Shown here: positions 27,517 to 37,125 of the stretch, piece by piece
Position numbering within the stretch: position 1 is the stretch's first letter
Layout: each line of letters opens with the position of its first letter
NCBI GenBank assembly: GCA_036396655.1
Contig: DASWKK010000098.1
Location: 14,592 to 78,591, forward strand
From: Acidimicrobiia bacterium
Lineage (GTDB): Bacteria; Actinomycetota; Acidimicrobiia; Spongiisociales; ZC4RG35
Reading direction: 5' to 3'
Length of the DNA stretch: 64,000 bases
The notes under the pieces: generated by a model
Told to the model about the DNA's origin: nothing
The model's input: only the letters and a program-made list of their open reading frames with translations
The model's database searches: none
Translations under genes and position numbers: made by a program

Positions 27517-28544
27517 ATGTGTGCTGATTGCACGATCGGCGCCACCTCTTTGCCCAACAGCTCGATGGCGTGGAGGACCTGGTCGTGGGGCAGTGTGCCC
27601 ACACTTATGTGAAGCATGAAGCGCTGGATCCCGAGGACCTCTCTGATGTGGAGGATCTTGGCGGCCACGGTCTCGACGTCACCGAGCACGAGTGACCCGC
27701 CCGGGCCTCGCATCATGTCGTATTGCGGTCGGGTCATAGGCCCCCAGCCCCGCTCCCGACCCAGTTGGGTCATGGCGACGGCGTAGGAGTTGTAGTACTC
27801 GTCGGCCGCCTGCTCGCTGCTGTCGGCGATATACCCATGAGCATGGACGGCCAGAGGCGCCGCTGCCGGGTCGTGGCCAAAGTCGACGAGTGTCGACCGG
27901 TGAAGATCGGCGAAGTCCGCGAATCGATCCGGATTGCCTCCGATGATGGCCAGAGCGACCGGCAGACCGCGGGTGGCGGCTCGAACGATCGAGGTCGGGC
28001 TACCACCTACACCGACCCAAATCGGCAACGGGTCTTGCTCGGGGCGGGGATAGATCGACTGGTCATGAAGGGCGGGGCGATGCTTGCCCGACCAAGTGAC
28101 CCGCTCTTGGTCCCGGATCGCAAGGAGCAGATCGAGTTTCTCGCTGAACAACTCGTCGTAATCGGAGAGTGAGTATCCAAAAAGTGGAAACGACTCGATG
28201 AACGAGCCCCGCCCCACCAGCAGCTCGGCCCGACCCGACGAGACCAGGTCGAGGGTGGCGAAATCCTGGAAGGTCCGAACCGGGTCGGCGGAGCTGAGAA
28301 TGATCACCGCCGGGGTGAGACGGATGCGCTCGGTCCTGCCCGCAGCGGCAGCCAGCACTACCGCTGGCGCGGAAGAGGCGAAGTCAGGTCGGTGGTGCTC
28401 ACCCACTCCGTACACCGCGAGACCGACGCGCTCGGCCAGCACGACCTCCTCGAGCACCTGGCGAAGCCGCTCCCCGTGGCTGATCGTCTCCCCGGTCTTG
28501 GGGTCGCGGTAGGTCTCGGCGAAGGTGGTGATTCCCAGTTCCAT
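27513..28544 (-). CDS. LLM-class (luciferase-like) flavin-dependent oxidoreductase
   Basis: MELGITTFAE...GVGEHH N-terminus typical of the luciferase-like monooxygenase family. Confidence 0.85.
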   Translation of the reverse strand: MELGITTFAETYRDPKTGETISHGERLRQVLEEVVLAERVGLAVYGVGEHHRPDFASSAPAVVLAAAAGRTERIRLTPAVIILSSADPVRTFQDFATLDLVSSGRAELLVGRGSFIESFPLFGYSLSDYDELFSEKLDLLLAIRDQERVTWSGKHRPALHDQSIYPRPEQDPLPIWVGVGGSPTSIVRAATRGLPVALAIIGGNPDRFADFADLHRSTLVDFGHDPAAAPLAVHAHGYIADSSEQAADEYYNSYAVAMTQLGRERGWGPMTRPQYDMMRGPGGSLVLGDVETVAAKILHIREVLGIQRFMLHISVGTLPHDQVLHAIELLGKEVAPIVQSAHI

Positions 28545-28591
28545 GTGCCGGCCATTGTGGTCAACCAGAAGCTATGACCAAGCCGAAGGCC

Positions 28592-28810
28592 CTATCTCGC
28601 TTCTTGCACGCCCATGGGTCCTTCATCCGCCAGGTCGGTGCGGTTGCGTTTCAGCCAGGCTCGAACCCACCACAACTCGTCATCAGTGACACCGGCACCG
28701 GGTAGTGGCCTTCCTGCTCCGGGAAGATCCTCGAACTCTCCGGCAGCGATCGCCTCCTCGATCAGACGCTCGGCCAAAGACCAGGGGCGACTCGAGTGGT
28801 CTGACTCCAT
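28592..28810 (-). CDS. DUF1992 (DnaJ-C28-like) domain protein
   Basis: LIEEAIAAGEFEDLPGAGRPL motif. Confidence 0.7.
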   Translation of the reverse strand: MESDHSSRPWSLAERLIEEAIAAGEFEDLPGAGRPLPGAGVTDDELWWVRAWLKRNRTDLADEGPMGVQEAR

Positions 28811-28925
28811 CCGGTCACGCTACCCACCCGGAATGAGTAGCACGCGCGTTGGATTGTGGACCTTCGACTCTGGGCGAGTCGGCCCGCGAACAGCGACGAT
28901 GAGCTGACCGTCCGAGGAGCTTGTC

Positions 28926-29444
28926 ATGGTCGATTCCGCTTCGAGTCCCACCCGCCGCCGGCCTCCGGTTGAAGGCGGGGGACCACTCACCTTCGGTCGA
29001 GGTGCGACAGCGGCGAAACGACGCGCCCGGACCAGAGCCGGCTACGTGGCCGCGATCACGGTCAACGCGATCCTGCTGGTCGTCGCCAACAATCTTCTCG
29101 GCTGGAGTCTGCTGCCATTTCTGACTGAGGATTTCGCACGGGTGTTGTGGCTGATCAACATCTCGTTGCTGGCAACGATCGCAGTGAATGCCGGCTACCT
29201 GGCGTATGACCGGGGGTGGTTCAAGTCGTTGTGCCAGATCGGATTGGGTGGGATCAGCATGGCAGTGGTGGTGCGGATGTACCGGGTGTTCCCGTTCGAC
29301 TTCAGCCACTCCCAGTTCGACTGGACCTGGACAGCCCGCTTGGTGCTGGTCCTGGCCATGGTGGGAATAGGTATTGGAATCGTCGTGGAGCTGGTCAAGC
29401 TGGTCAGGGACCTGGCTCACATCTCGGGGACCGCGCCAGAATGA
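28926..29444 (+). CDS. hypothetical membrane protein
   Basis: Basic N-terminus and four TM helices. Confidence 0.6.
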   Translation: MVDSASSPTRRRPPVEGGGPLTFGRGATAAKRRARTRAGYVAAITVNAILLVVANNLLGWSLLPFLTEDFARVLWLINISLLATIAVNAGYLAYDRGWFKSLCQIGLGGISMAVVVRMYRVFPFDFSHSQFDWTWTARLVLVLAMVGIGIGIVVELVKLVRDLAHISGTAPE

Positions 29445-29467
29445 TCCTCACCCATAGGAGGACCAAC

Positions 29468-29788
29468 ATGACAGAGAACAGCCAGAACCGACCCGAGGAG
29501 GGCCCCGACCGCAGTCGTTGGGTCGACGAGGTGCAAGAGGCGCTCGATCGGACCGGCGAGGCTATCCGAACCGCTTGGGAAGCCACCCGTGAAAGCCGAA
29601 TGAGCGCTCTCGAGGCGGCTAAGCAGGCAGCCTCAGAGCTGTCCGACGTGATCGACCAGGGGATCGCCGCCGCGCGAGAGCGTTGGGCCGCCAGCGAATC
29701 GCCCGGTGGCGATCCCGCACCAGGGGACCAGACCGCAGACGAGATTTCTCGAGAAGCGAATCACGGCCACGAGCCGCCGGATCATTGA
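29468..29788 (+). CDS. hypothetical helical protein (106 aa)
   Basis: AGGAGG 6 nt before ATG 29468. The longer track ORF from 29216 is an out-of-context extension. Confidence 0.6.
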   Translation: MTENSQNRPEEGPDRSRWVDEVQEALDRTGEAIRTAWEATRESRMSALEAAKQAASELSDVIDQGIAAARERWAASESPGGDPAPGDQTADEISREANHGHEPPDH

Positions 29789-31170
29789 GTCAGCCCGGGG
29801 CCGGTGGATGACTCGATATCGGAAAGTCTGCGCACGCTTTCCACAATTCGGTCGCGGTCGTTGAAGATCACCAGCGGTCGATCGACTTCGGCCGAGTCGG
29901 CCGGGACACAGACCAGGGTGACTCCCTCGAGGGTAATCGGGACGGGTACCTCTCCCTCGTAGAGGACGAGCACCGTCAACCCCACGGGCTCGAGGTGAGT
30001 CGCTCCGATCACCGCCGCGCCGAGCAGGGTCTCGTCAGCGCCCACCCACTCGTCGACAGCCAGTATCGACCTGTGAGCTTCGGGGTGCTCGAGCATCAGC
30101 AGGGCCAGGACCAACTCGTCCCTGGCCTCGGGCACGGTCTCAATCGGTAGACGCTCTCGCAGCACCGGCCGTGCTTCCGCACCCCAGCCCCGGGCCAGGG
30201 CCCAGTAGGCGTGGCCACGGATCATGGAGGAAGGGTGGGTCGTGTGAGCCAGAGCGGGGCTCCAGCTCCCGGCCTCCCCGGCGTTGCCCGCGGCAACCAG
30301 AAGGTTGCGGCGAATGAACCGGCCTTGTCGGCGCGGGACATACCACCATGAGAAACTGTCCAGAAGCTCCTTGTCGTCGAGGGCGAGCATCTCGGCAAAC
30401 ATCAGACCCGTGGGCCGGTTCCCTGCTTCGGCAAGAGCCCGCGTGCCGGGCGGGCAGACGGTGAGACAGTCATCGCAGCCATAGATCCTTCGGCCGAGCA
30501 GAGGTCGGATCCACTGCGGGATGGAGCCCGGTGTCTGGAGCCATGTCGAGAGACAACGTCGTGCATCGAGACCGTGCTCGTCGAGAGCCTGGGTGGGACA
30601 GGCCGGAATGCACGCAACACAGGTCCCACATGAACGTTGCATTGGATCTGTGGTGGCCAGCGGGGCGTCTGTGACCACCGAGCCGAGCAGCATCCAGGGA
30701 CCGTGTCCCGGGGCAAGCACCATGGTGTTCCTACCCGACCATCCCACTCCGGCGCGTACCGCCGCTGCCCGGTCCACCAGGCGGTTGTCGTCGATGAGAA
30801 TCTCGGCCCGATACCCCTTCCGTCGGAGATGAGCAGCGAGGGCCTCGGCGACCTGTCGCACCGGCTGGTACTGATCGGAGGTGGCGAACCGGCCAACAAG
30901 TGGCCCGGTGATGTCAGGGGAGGCAGCAACGGCCAGATAATTCCATCCCACCACGACGAGCCGTTCCGCCCAAGGAAACGACGCTCTGATGTCGGTGGCG
31001 GATTCCGGGGCCCCATAGGTGAAACGAAGCGGCCCGGCCCGGCCCGAAGCCTTGTGGTTGTGGAGTGCCAGGAGCTCTCTCTGGAATCGATCGGCCCCCG
31101 CCACACCGAAGCCGGCGGCCCCGACACTCTCGGCCAAGACACGTAGCTCGGCCGTCAGTCTCTCGGACAT
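29782..31170 (-). CDS. queG: epoxyqueuosine reductase QueG-like, with an extra C-terminal domain
   Basis: CGTCVACIPACPTQAL and CDDCLTVCPP ferredoxin motifs. HEAT-like HPSSMIRGHAYWALARG. About 100 additional C-terminal residues. Confidence 0.75.
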   Translation of the reverse strand: MSERLTAELRVLAESVGAAGFGVAGADRFQRELLALHNHKASGRAGPLRFTYGAPESATDIRASFPWAERLVVVGWNYLAVAASPDITGPLVGRFATSDQYQPVRQVAEALAAHLRRKGYRAEILIDDNRLVDRAAAVRAGVGWSGRNTMVLAPGHGPWMLLGSVVTDAPLATTDPMQRSCGTCVACIPACPTQALDEHGLDARRCLSTWLQTPGSIPQWIRPLLGRRIYGCDDCLTVCPPGTRALAEAGNRPTGLMFAEMLALDDKELLDSFSWWYVPRRQGRFIRRNLLVAAGNAGEAGSWSPALAHTTHPSSMIRGHAYWALARGWGAEARPVLRERLPIETVPEARDELVLALLMLEHPEAHRSILAVDEWVGADETLLGAAVIGATHLEPVGLTVLVLYEGEVPVPITLEGVTLVCVPADSAEVDRPLVIFNDRDRIVESVRRLSDIESSTGPGLTQ

Positions 31171-31297
31171 CGCCCCAGTCTGCCAGCGGGCCAGAATCGG
31201 CCTCCAACCAGTGGCGAGTGGTCAGCCGAGATGAGACGAGGCTCCTTTCGCGCGGGTCTGTAGGCGGTTGGGTCTTCTGGCCCGTCGCCGAAGCCTC

Positions 31298-31705
31298 TCA
31301 ACGCTCTCGTAGCGGCACGATGGCGTCGATCTCCACCAGGAATTCGGGTTGGGCCAACCCAGCGACCACCAGCAAGGTATTGGCCGGGGGTGGTGATGGG
31401 AAGAACGCTTCTCGGACCTTGCTCACCTGGCCGCGGTCCTCGATCCGGGTCAGATAGAGGGTGGTCCGGGCGACGTCCGCCATAGTGCCACCGGCCGACT
31501 CGATCACACGCTTCAGATTGGCCAGCACCTGGTGCGCCTGGGCCGCGGCATCGTCGCCACCCACTAGCTGGCCGTTCTCGTCGAGCGCCACCTGGCCGGC
31601 CACAAAGAGCAATCGTCCCGATGCAATGACGCCATGGGAGTAATGACCCGCGGGTGGGGCCGCCCCGGTCGCATCAACCACGGTACGTTCGAATCTGCCA
31701 GTCAT
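31298..31705 (-). CDS. RidA/YjgF-family protein
   Basis: PAGHYSHGVIASGRLLFVAGQVALD motif. ATG 31705 chosen. Confidence 0.85.
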   Translation of the reverse strand: MTGRFERTVVDATGAAPPAGHYSHGVIASGRLLFVAGQVALDENGQLVGGDDAAAQAHQVLANLKRVIESAGGTMADVARTTLYLTRIEDRGQVSKVREAFFPSPPPANTLLVVAGLAQPEFLVEIDAIVPLRER

Positions 31706-31804
31706 ATCGGACCTTCTCGGCTCGAGCCCGACCATACCGCATCGAGCCAATCACAGACGCGGGGATCAATAGGATCGGAGTCGGCACCGAACCAGGAGGT
31801 AATC

Positions 31805-32197
31805 ATGCTGGGTTGGCTCGACGACATGACGAAGATCACACTGGACAACACCAACTTCCGGACAGTGGTGTTCACCGGCGGGCACACCCAGCTGACCCTG
31901 ATGAGCCTCGCTCCCGGCGAGGAGATCGGGTGGGAGGCCCATGACCATCTGGATCAGTTTCTCCGCCTCGAGCAAGGATCTGCTCGAGTGGAGCTGGGCA
32001 AGACCGAGGATGGGGTCGACGAGACCCACGAGGTCGAAGACGACTGGGCGTTCATCGTGCCCGCCGGGGTGTGGCACAACGTGGTCAACATCGGAGAGGA
32101 CGCCGTAAAGCTCTACTCGCTCTACTCGCCACCGGAGCATCCAGATGGAACTGTCCACGTGACCAAAGCGGAGGCCGACGCGGCCGAAGACCAGTAG
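31805..32197 (+). CDS. cupin domain protein
   Basis: AGGAGG SD before ATG 31805. GEEIGWEAHDHLDQF...PAGVWHNVVN cupin motifs. Confidence 0.8.
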   Translation: MLGWLDDMTKITLDNTNFRTVVFTGGHTQLTLMSLAPGEEIGWEAHDHLDQFLRLEQGSARVELGKTEDGVDETHEVEDDWAFIVPAGVWHNVVNIGEDAVKLYSLYSPPEHPDGTVHVTKAEADAAEDQ

Positions 32198-32321
32198 TGC
32201 ACCACTAGGGCCGGGCTCTCATCCCTACTCGGGCATGGGGCCTGGCGTCATTTGTCGTGGCGGTCTGTCGCGCACCATTGGCCACCGGGTTTAGGACACC
32301 CCAGGCAGACCTGAAACAAAC

Positions 32322-32340
32322 CTGAGCGAGTTAGGCTCAG
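32322..32340. promoter_or_regulatory. HAIR-like inverted repeat CTGAGC-N7-GCTCAG upstream of lon
   Basis: Resembles the HspR operator CTTGAGT-N7-ACTCAAG. Lies 67 nt before ATG 32407. Confidence 0.35.
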
Positions 32341-32406
32341 ATCCGGAATAGGGTGCCCCCCACCGGGGTTGTCCTGAAACCCGTATAGCCAAAGGAATCG
32401 GTCCGG

Positions 32407-34749
32407 ATGCCTGAAACCGCTCAACTCACCCTTCCCGTCCTTCCCCTTCACAACGGCGTGGTCTTTCCCCACATGGTGGTCACGCTGCGCATCGAGACAG
32501 ACGAGGGCAAGATTGCCCTCGCCGCCGCCCAGACCGACGGCCGACTCCTCTTGGTGCCCCGCCTCGATGGCCGATACGCCTCTGTTGGCACCATCGCCGA
32601 GATTCAACAGTCTGACGACAGCGACAACGTGGTGGTGTCCGGTGTGACCCGCGCCCGCGTGGGTGCCGGGTCGGTCGACGAGACCGGCGCCCTCTGGGTC
32701 GAGGCCGAGCCATACCCCGAAATCGACATGCTCGACGACGAATTCGACGCATTGGTAGCCGAGTATCGGGCGGTGGTGAGTGCCGTGCTCGAGAACCGTG
32801 GCTTGGCCGGGGTGGCCGAGCGTCTTCTCGCGGTGGACAACCCTTCCCAGCTCGCCGACTTCGCGGTGTACTCCCCCGACCTCAACCTGGAGCAGAAGAT
32901 CGAGCTCCTCGAAGCACTCGATATCCGCCAGCGTCTCGGGATGCTCTTGGTTTGGATGCGCGAGGTTCTCGCCGACCTCGAGCTGCGCCGCAAGGTGCGG
33001 GACGACGCGACGGAACGGATCGAGAAGGGTCAGAAGGACTACATCCTCCGCCAGCAGCTCGACGCCATCCGAAAGGAGCTCGGCGAGGAAGGCGATGTCG
33101 CTTCCGAGTACCGGGCCAAGCTCGCCCAGCGGGAGCTGCCGGAGAAGGTCCACGAGGCGATCGAGCGTGAGATCGACCGGCTCGAGCGGATGAGTGAGCA
33201 ATCCCCTGAGACTTCCTGGGTCCGGACCTGGCTCGACACGATGTTCGAACTGCCCTGGGGGACACTCTCCGAGGATCGACACGACCTCGATGAGGCTCGC
33301 GGGGTGCTCGACGCCGATCACACCGGGTTGAAGGATGTCAAGGAGCGGATCATCGAGCACCTGGCCGTGCGAAAGCTGCGTGCCGAGCGGGGTCTCAGTG
33401 ACGAGGCCGACCGCAATGCTGGCGCGATCCTCTTGTTGGTAGGCCCACCTGGCGTCGGAAAGACTTCCTTGGGCGAGTCGGTGGCGAGGGCCCTCGGCCG
33501 CAAGTTCGTGAGAGTTGCCCTGGGTGGGGTGCGGGACGAGGCCGAAGTCCGAGGCCATCGTCGCACCTATGTTGGTGCTCGACCCGGCCGCATCGCCCGC
33601 GCCCTCACCGAAGCTCAGACCATGAACCCCGTCTTCTTGCTGGACGAGATGGACAAGGTTGGAAATGACTGGCGGGGCGACCCGTCCTCGGCGCTGCTCG
33701 AGGTGCTCGACCCGGCACAGAACCACACATTCCGCGACCACTATCTCGAAGTCGACCTGGATCTGTCCGACGTGCTGTTCATTGCCACCGCCAACGTGGT
33801 GGAGACCATTCCCGGCCCTCTCCTCGACCGAACAGAGCTGATAACGATCGACGGATATACCGATGCGGAAAAGGTCGATATCGCCCGAGACCACCTCCTG
33901 CCCCGCCAACTGCGCGGAGCCGGTCTGCAACCGGAAGAGCTGGAGGTGACCGAAACCGCTCTGGCCGCAATCGTCGACCGGTACACCCGGGAGGCCGGGG
34001 TGAGGAACCTGGAACGTGAGCTGAGCAAGCTGGCCCGAAAGGTAGCCACCGAGGTGGCCCGGGGCGGCGACGCCGTCGGCTCAGACCGGGACCCGGTCGT
34101 GGTCGACGAGCCAGCGGTCAGGGAGTATCTCGGCAAGCCCAAGGTGTGGAAGGACGAGGCGTCGGATCGCACCGACGTGCCGGGAGTGGCGACAGGTTTG
34201 GCGGTCACCGGTGCCGGTGGCGACGTGTTGTTCATCGAGGCCACCGCCATGGATGGGGAGCCGGGACTCACCTTGACCGGTCAGCTCGGCGATGTGATGA
34301 AAGAGTCGGCCCGAATCGCCCTCTCGTATGTCGAGGCGCACTCCGATGATCTGGGAATCGACCCGGCCGTCCTCACCCGGAGATATCACGTGCACGTCCC
34401 GGCAGGCGCCATCCCCAAAGATGGCCCCTCGGCCGGGGTGACCATGCTGACCGCCCTGGTGTCTCTGCTAACCGGTCGCAAGGTGAAGGGCACTGTCGGA
34501 ATGACCGGGGAGATCACTCTTCAGGGAAAGGTGTTGCCCATTGGCGGGGTGAAACAGAAAGTGTTGGCCGCATACCGGGCGGGTCTGAAAGAGGTGATCG
34601 TGCCACGTAGAAACGAAGCCGATCTCGATGACGTCCCGGACAAGGTGCGGGAGGACATGACATTCCACATCGCCGACACCGTCAGCGACGTTCTGGACGC
34701 CGCACTGGGCGAGCCGGGGGATGACCGGTCAGAGCAGCCGGCGGCCTGA
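32407..34749 (+). CDS. lon: ATP-dependent Lon protease
   Basis: Walker [16 protein letters not shown] and the catalytic block [15 protein letters not shown]. 780 aa. Confidence 0.95.
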   Translation: MPETAQLTLPVLPLHNGVVFPHMVVTLRIETDEGKIALAAAQTDGRLLLVPRLDGRYASVGTIAEIQQSDDSDNVVVSGVTRARVGAGSVDETGALWVEAEPYPEIDMLDDEFDALVAEYRAVVSAVLENRGLAGVAERLLAVDNPSQLADFAVYSPDLNLEQKIELLEALDIRQRLGMLLVWMREVLADLELRRKVRDDATERIEKGQKDYILRQQLDAIRKELGEEGDVASEYRAKLAQRELPEKVHEAIEREIDRLERMSEQSPETSWVRTWLDTMFELPWGTLSEDRHDLDEARGVLDADHTGLKDVKERIIEHLAVRKLRAERGLSDEADRNAGAILLLVGPPGVGKTSLGESVARALGRKFVRVALGGVRDEAEVRGHRRTYVGARPGRIARALTEAQTMNPVFLLDEMDKVGNDWRGDPSSALLEVLDPAQNHTFRDHYLEVDLDLSDVLFIATANVVETIPGPLLDRTELITIDGYTDAEKVDIARDHLLPRQLRGAGLQPEELEVTETALAAIVDRYTREAGVRNLERELSKLARKVATEVARGGDAVGSDRDPVVVDEPAVREYLGKPKVWKDEASDRTDVPGVATGLAVTGAGGDVLFIEATAMDGEPGLTLTGQLGDVMKESARIALSYVEAHSDDLGIDPAVLTRRYHVHVPAGAIPKDGPSAGVTMLTALVSLLTGRKVKGTVGMTGEITLQGKVLPIGGVKQKVLAAYRAGLKEVIVPRRNEADLDDVPDKVREDMTFHIADTVSDVLDAALGEPGDDRSEQPAA

Positions 34750-34762
34750 CCGACCGCAGGAG

Positions 34763-35005
34763 CTACTCCTCGTCGAACTCGTCGTCGACCAACCCGTTGC
34801 CCGGCACCAGGTGCTTTCCCTCGACCCTCTCCACCGGACGGGCAAAACGGTCTCGCTCCACCTCACCGGCCAGATCGGCCACGAAGTGGACGCTGACATG
34901 CCCGCATGACTCGCAAACCACACGTTCAACGCCCGAGCTCTGAACGGAGACGGTGCTGCGATGGGCGCACTTGCCTTGCCGCCGAAGGCGACGCTGAACC
35001 CGCAT
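34763..35005 (-). CDS. small Cys/His-containing hypothetical protein (80 aa)
   Basis: GGGAGGG SD 8 nt before ATG 35005. KCAH...CESCGH could form a zinc site. Acidic tail. Confidence 0.45.
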   Translation of the reverse strand: MRVQRRLRRQGKCAHRSTVSVQSSGVERVVCESCGHVSVHFVADLAGEVERDRFARPVERVEGKHLVPGNGLVDDEFDEE

Positions 35006-35307
35006 TACAAATACCCTCCCAATTGATAACCACCCGTCGGACATTCTGCCCCAACCGCATTGGAATTCAATAGGCCACGTGGCCCAGCAGCGAACGAAGC
35101 ACAGTTCCAGGTGGGAGCCGCTAGCCAACGGTTCGCAACGGCCCCATCCGCTCGTCGACAGGGCCAACACGTCGGCGGCCAACGCACCGCGTTCGGCGGC
35201 TCTCACGCTCTCCCTCAGCTGCGCCGAGCCGAGACGGGCCTGCCACCGGTAGCATCCCCGGCCGCGATTCTCCCGGAGGGTGTCTGGCGGTCTCCGAAAA
35301 GTATGAC

Positions 35308-36423
35308 GTGATCGTTATGGGCGTGGGCGCGATGGGCAGCGCCGCGCTTTACCACCTCGCCGGCAGAGGACTTCGCGTGTTGGGGCTGGAGCAGTTCGAC
35401 ATTCCCCACGACAAAGGCTCTTCACACGGCGTGAACCGGATCTTTCGCTTGGCTTACTACGAGCACCCTTCATACGTCCCGCTGATGCGCCGGGCCCGCG
35501 ATTTGTGGATCGAGCTGGAGACCACAGTCGATGAGAGGCTGGTCTATGTCACCGGATCGATCGACGCGGGAGCTCCGGACAGCGAGGTGTTCGCCGGCTC
35601 CCGGGAATCCTGCCTGATCCACGCGCTGGACCATGAGGTGTTGGACAGCGACCAGCTCACCCGACGTTTTCCCGGCTATCGCCTACCCGAGGACATGATG
35701 GCGCTGTTCCAACCCGAGGGAGGTTTCGTGCTCTCGGAGAGGGCCATCGAGGCACAGGTGAGGGTTGCCGTGGCCAACGGCGCCGACGTCGAGACCCGCC
35801 AACCGGTGAGGCAATGGCGCCCGACACCAGATGGGGCAGTGCAAGTCGAGACCGCTACGGCGAGTTACGAAGCCGGAAAGCTGATCATCACCGCCGGTGC
35901 CTGGGCCGGCGCGCTGGTTCCCGGGCTGGAGAGCCTGGCAATCCCGGAACGTCAGGTTCTGGGCTGGTTTCAGCCGATTCACGCTCAGCTCTTCACCCTC
36001 GACAGGTTCCCGGTGTTCAATCTCGCCGCCCCCGAGGGCCGCTATTACGGGTTCCCCGTGTTCGGTGTTCCCGGGTTCAAGATCGGCCGCTACCACCACC
36101 TCGACGAGGCCACCACACCAGAGACGATCGACCGTGACCTCCACGATCGGGACGAAGCGATCCTGCGGCTGGCCATCACGCGCTATTTCCCGGAGGCCGG
36201 CGGGCCGACCATGGCGTTGCGAACATGCATGTTCACCAACACGCCCGACGAGCACTTTCTGATCGACACCGTGCCGGATGAGCCTCAGGTTGTCTTCGCA
36301 GCCGGATTTTCGGGACACGGGTTCAAGTTCGCCTCGGCTGTCGGCGAGATCCTCGCCGACATGGCCCAAGAGGGCCACACCGATACCGACATCTCCATGT
36401 TCAGCCTCAGCCGTTTCACGTGA
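35308..36423 (+). CDS. solA: monomeric sarcosine oxidase / N-methyl-L-tryptophan oxidase family flavoprotein
   Basis: GVGAMGSAA dinucleotide motif. RTCMFTNTPDEHFLID (the covalent-flavin Cys block). GFSGHGFKFASAVGEILADMA. The start is ambiguous: GTG 35308 leaves a very short beta-1 strand, and KYDV is encoded in-frame just upstream. Confidence 0.8.
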   Translation: MIVMGVGAMGSAALYHLAGRGLRVLGLEQFDIPHDKGSSHGVNRIFRLAYYEHPSYVPLMRRARDLWIELETTVDERLVYVTGSIDAGAPDSEVFAGSRESCLIHALDHEVLDSDQLTRRFPGYRLPEDMMALFQPEGGFVLSERAIEAQVRVAVANGADVETRQPVRQWRPTPDGAVQVETATASYEAGKLIITAGAWAGALVPGLESLAIPERQVLGWFQPIHAQLFTLDRFPVFNLAAPEGRYYGFPVFGVPGFKIGRYHHLDEATTPETIDRDLHDRDEAILRLAITRYFPEAGGPTMALRTCMFTNTPDEHFLIDTVPDEPQVVFAAGFSGHGFKFASAVGEILADMAQEGHTDTDISMFSLSRFT

Positions 36424-37093
36424 GTTCGAGATCGACCACAACTGCAGCGTGATCCGATCCCCGCACCGGCTCGACCCAAGCTGCGACTCCGCGGACCCCC
36501 GTACCCAGGACATGGTCGATCCGCAGCAGTCTTGGCCATCCCGGTCGCCAACCCCAGGTGGGCGCGGGCCGGCCCCCCGAGAGCTCCGCGGCCTGGAGGG
36601 CCAGATCCTCCCACCTTTCCGCCAGACGCCGATATGCCGGCCACCTCGGAGAGGCGTTGAGGTCGCCGGCAACGACCAGGGAGTCCTCACCAACCGTGTC
36701 GTCGACCCAGGAGGTCAATGCGTCCATCTGATCGGTGCGTCTCCGCACTGAGACCCACCAGGGAAAGTCGATCGCGTTGATCAGGTGAACGGTGGCAAGA
36801 AGCAGGCCGCGAGACCCGATCTCCACTCGCGCCCATCTCCCCGAACGCCAGGGCATCGACAACTCGCCGAATTCTGACTCGAATCGGGTGGCGAATCCCA
36901 TCCCCCGATGGTCGAGTGACGGATGGAGATCATGGTGGTCATAGCGCGCAGCGATCACCTCGGCGGCGTCCGGCCCCAACTCTTGACTGGCGATGATGTG
37001 AGGTTGACAACGATCGAGAATCTCGGCGAGATGTCCGGCATCAGCCCTGCCGTTGAGCAGATTCCCCGTCATCAGCCGTACCGGCACGTCCAT
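36416..37093 (-). CDS. endonuclease/exonuclease/phosphatase (EEP) family protein
   Basis: LMTGNLLNG...IIASQE...SDHAAVVVDL blocks. Confidence 0.8.
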   Translation of the reverse strand: MDVPVRLMTGNLLNGRADAGHLAEILDRCQPHIIASQELGPDAAEVIAARYDHHDLHPSLDHRGMGFATRFESEFGELSMPWRSGRWARVEIGSRGLLLATVHLINAIDFPWWVSVRRRTDQMDALTSWVDDTVGEDSLVVAGDLNASPRWPAYRRLAERWEDLALQAAELSGGRPAPTWGWRPGWPRLLRIDHVLGTGVRGVAAWVEPVRGSDHAAVVVDLELT

Positions 37094-37125
37094 GGGCGGG
37101 CACGCTAACCGTGCCCCCGAGCCGC

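Noticed and set aside
32248-33930. 560-aa ORF antisense to lon
   Set aside because: It lies entirely opposite a gene with unmistakable Lon motifs. Its composition is Gly/Arg/Pro/His-rich, as expected for shadow frames in high-GC DNA.
35006-35307. Glycine riboswitch upstream of the sarcosine-oxidase-like gene
   Set aside because: I could not find the GGAGAG...CACCGAAGGGGCAA aptamer core on either strand.
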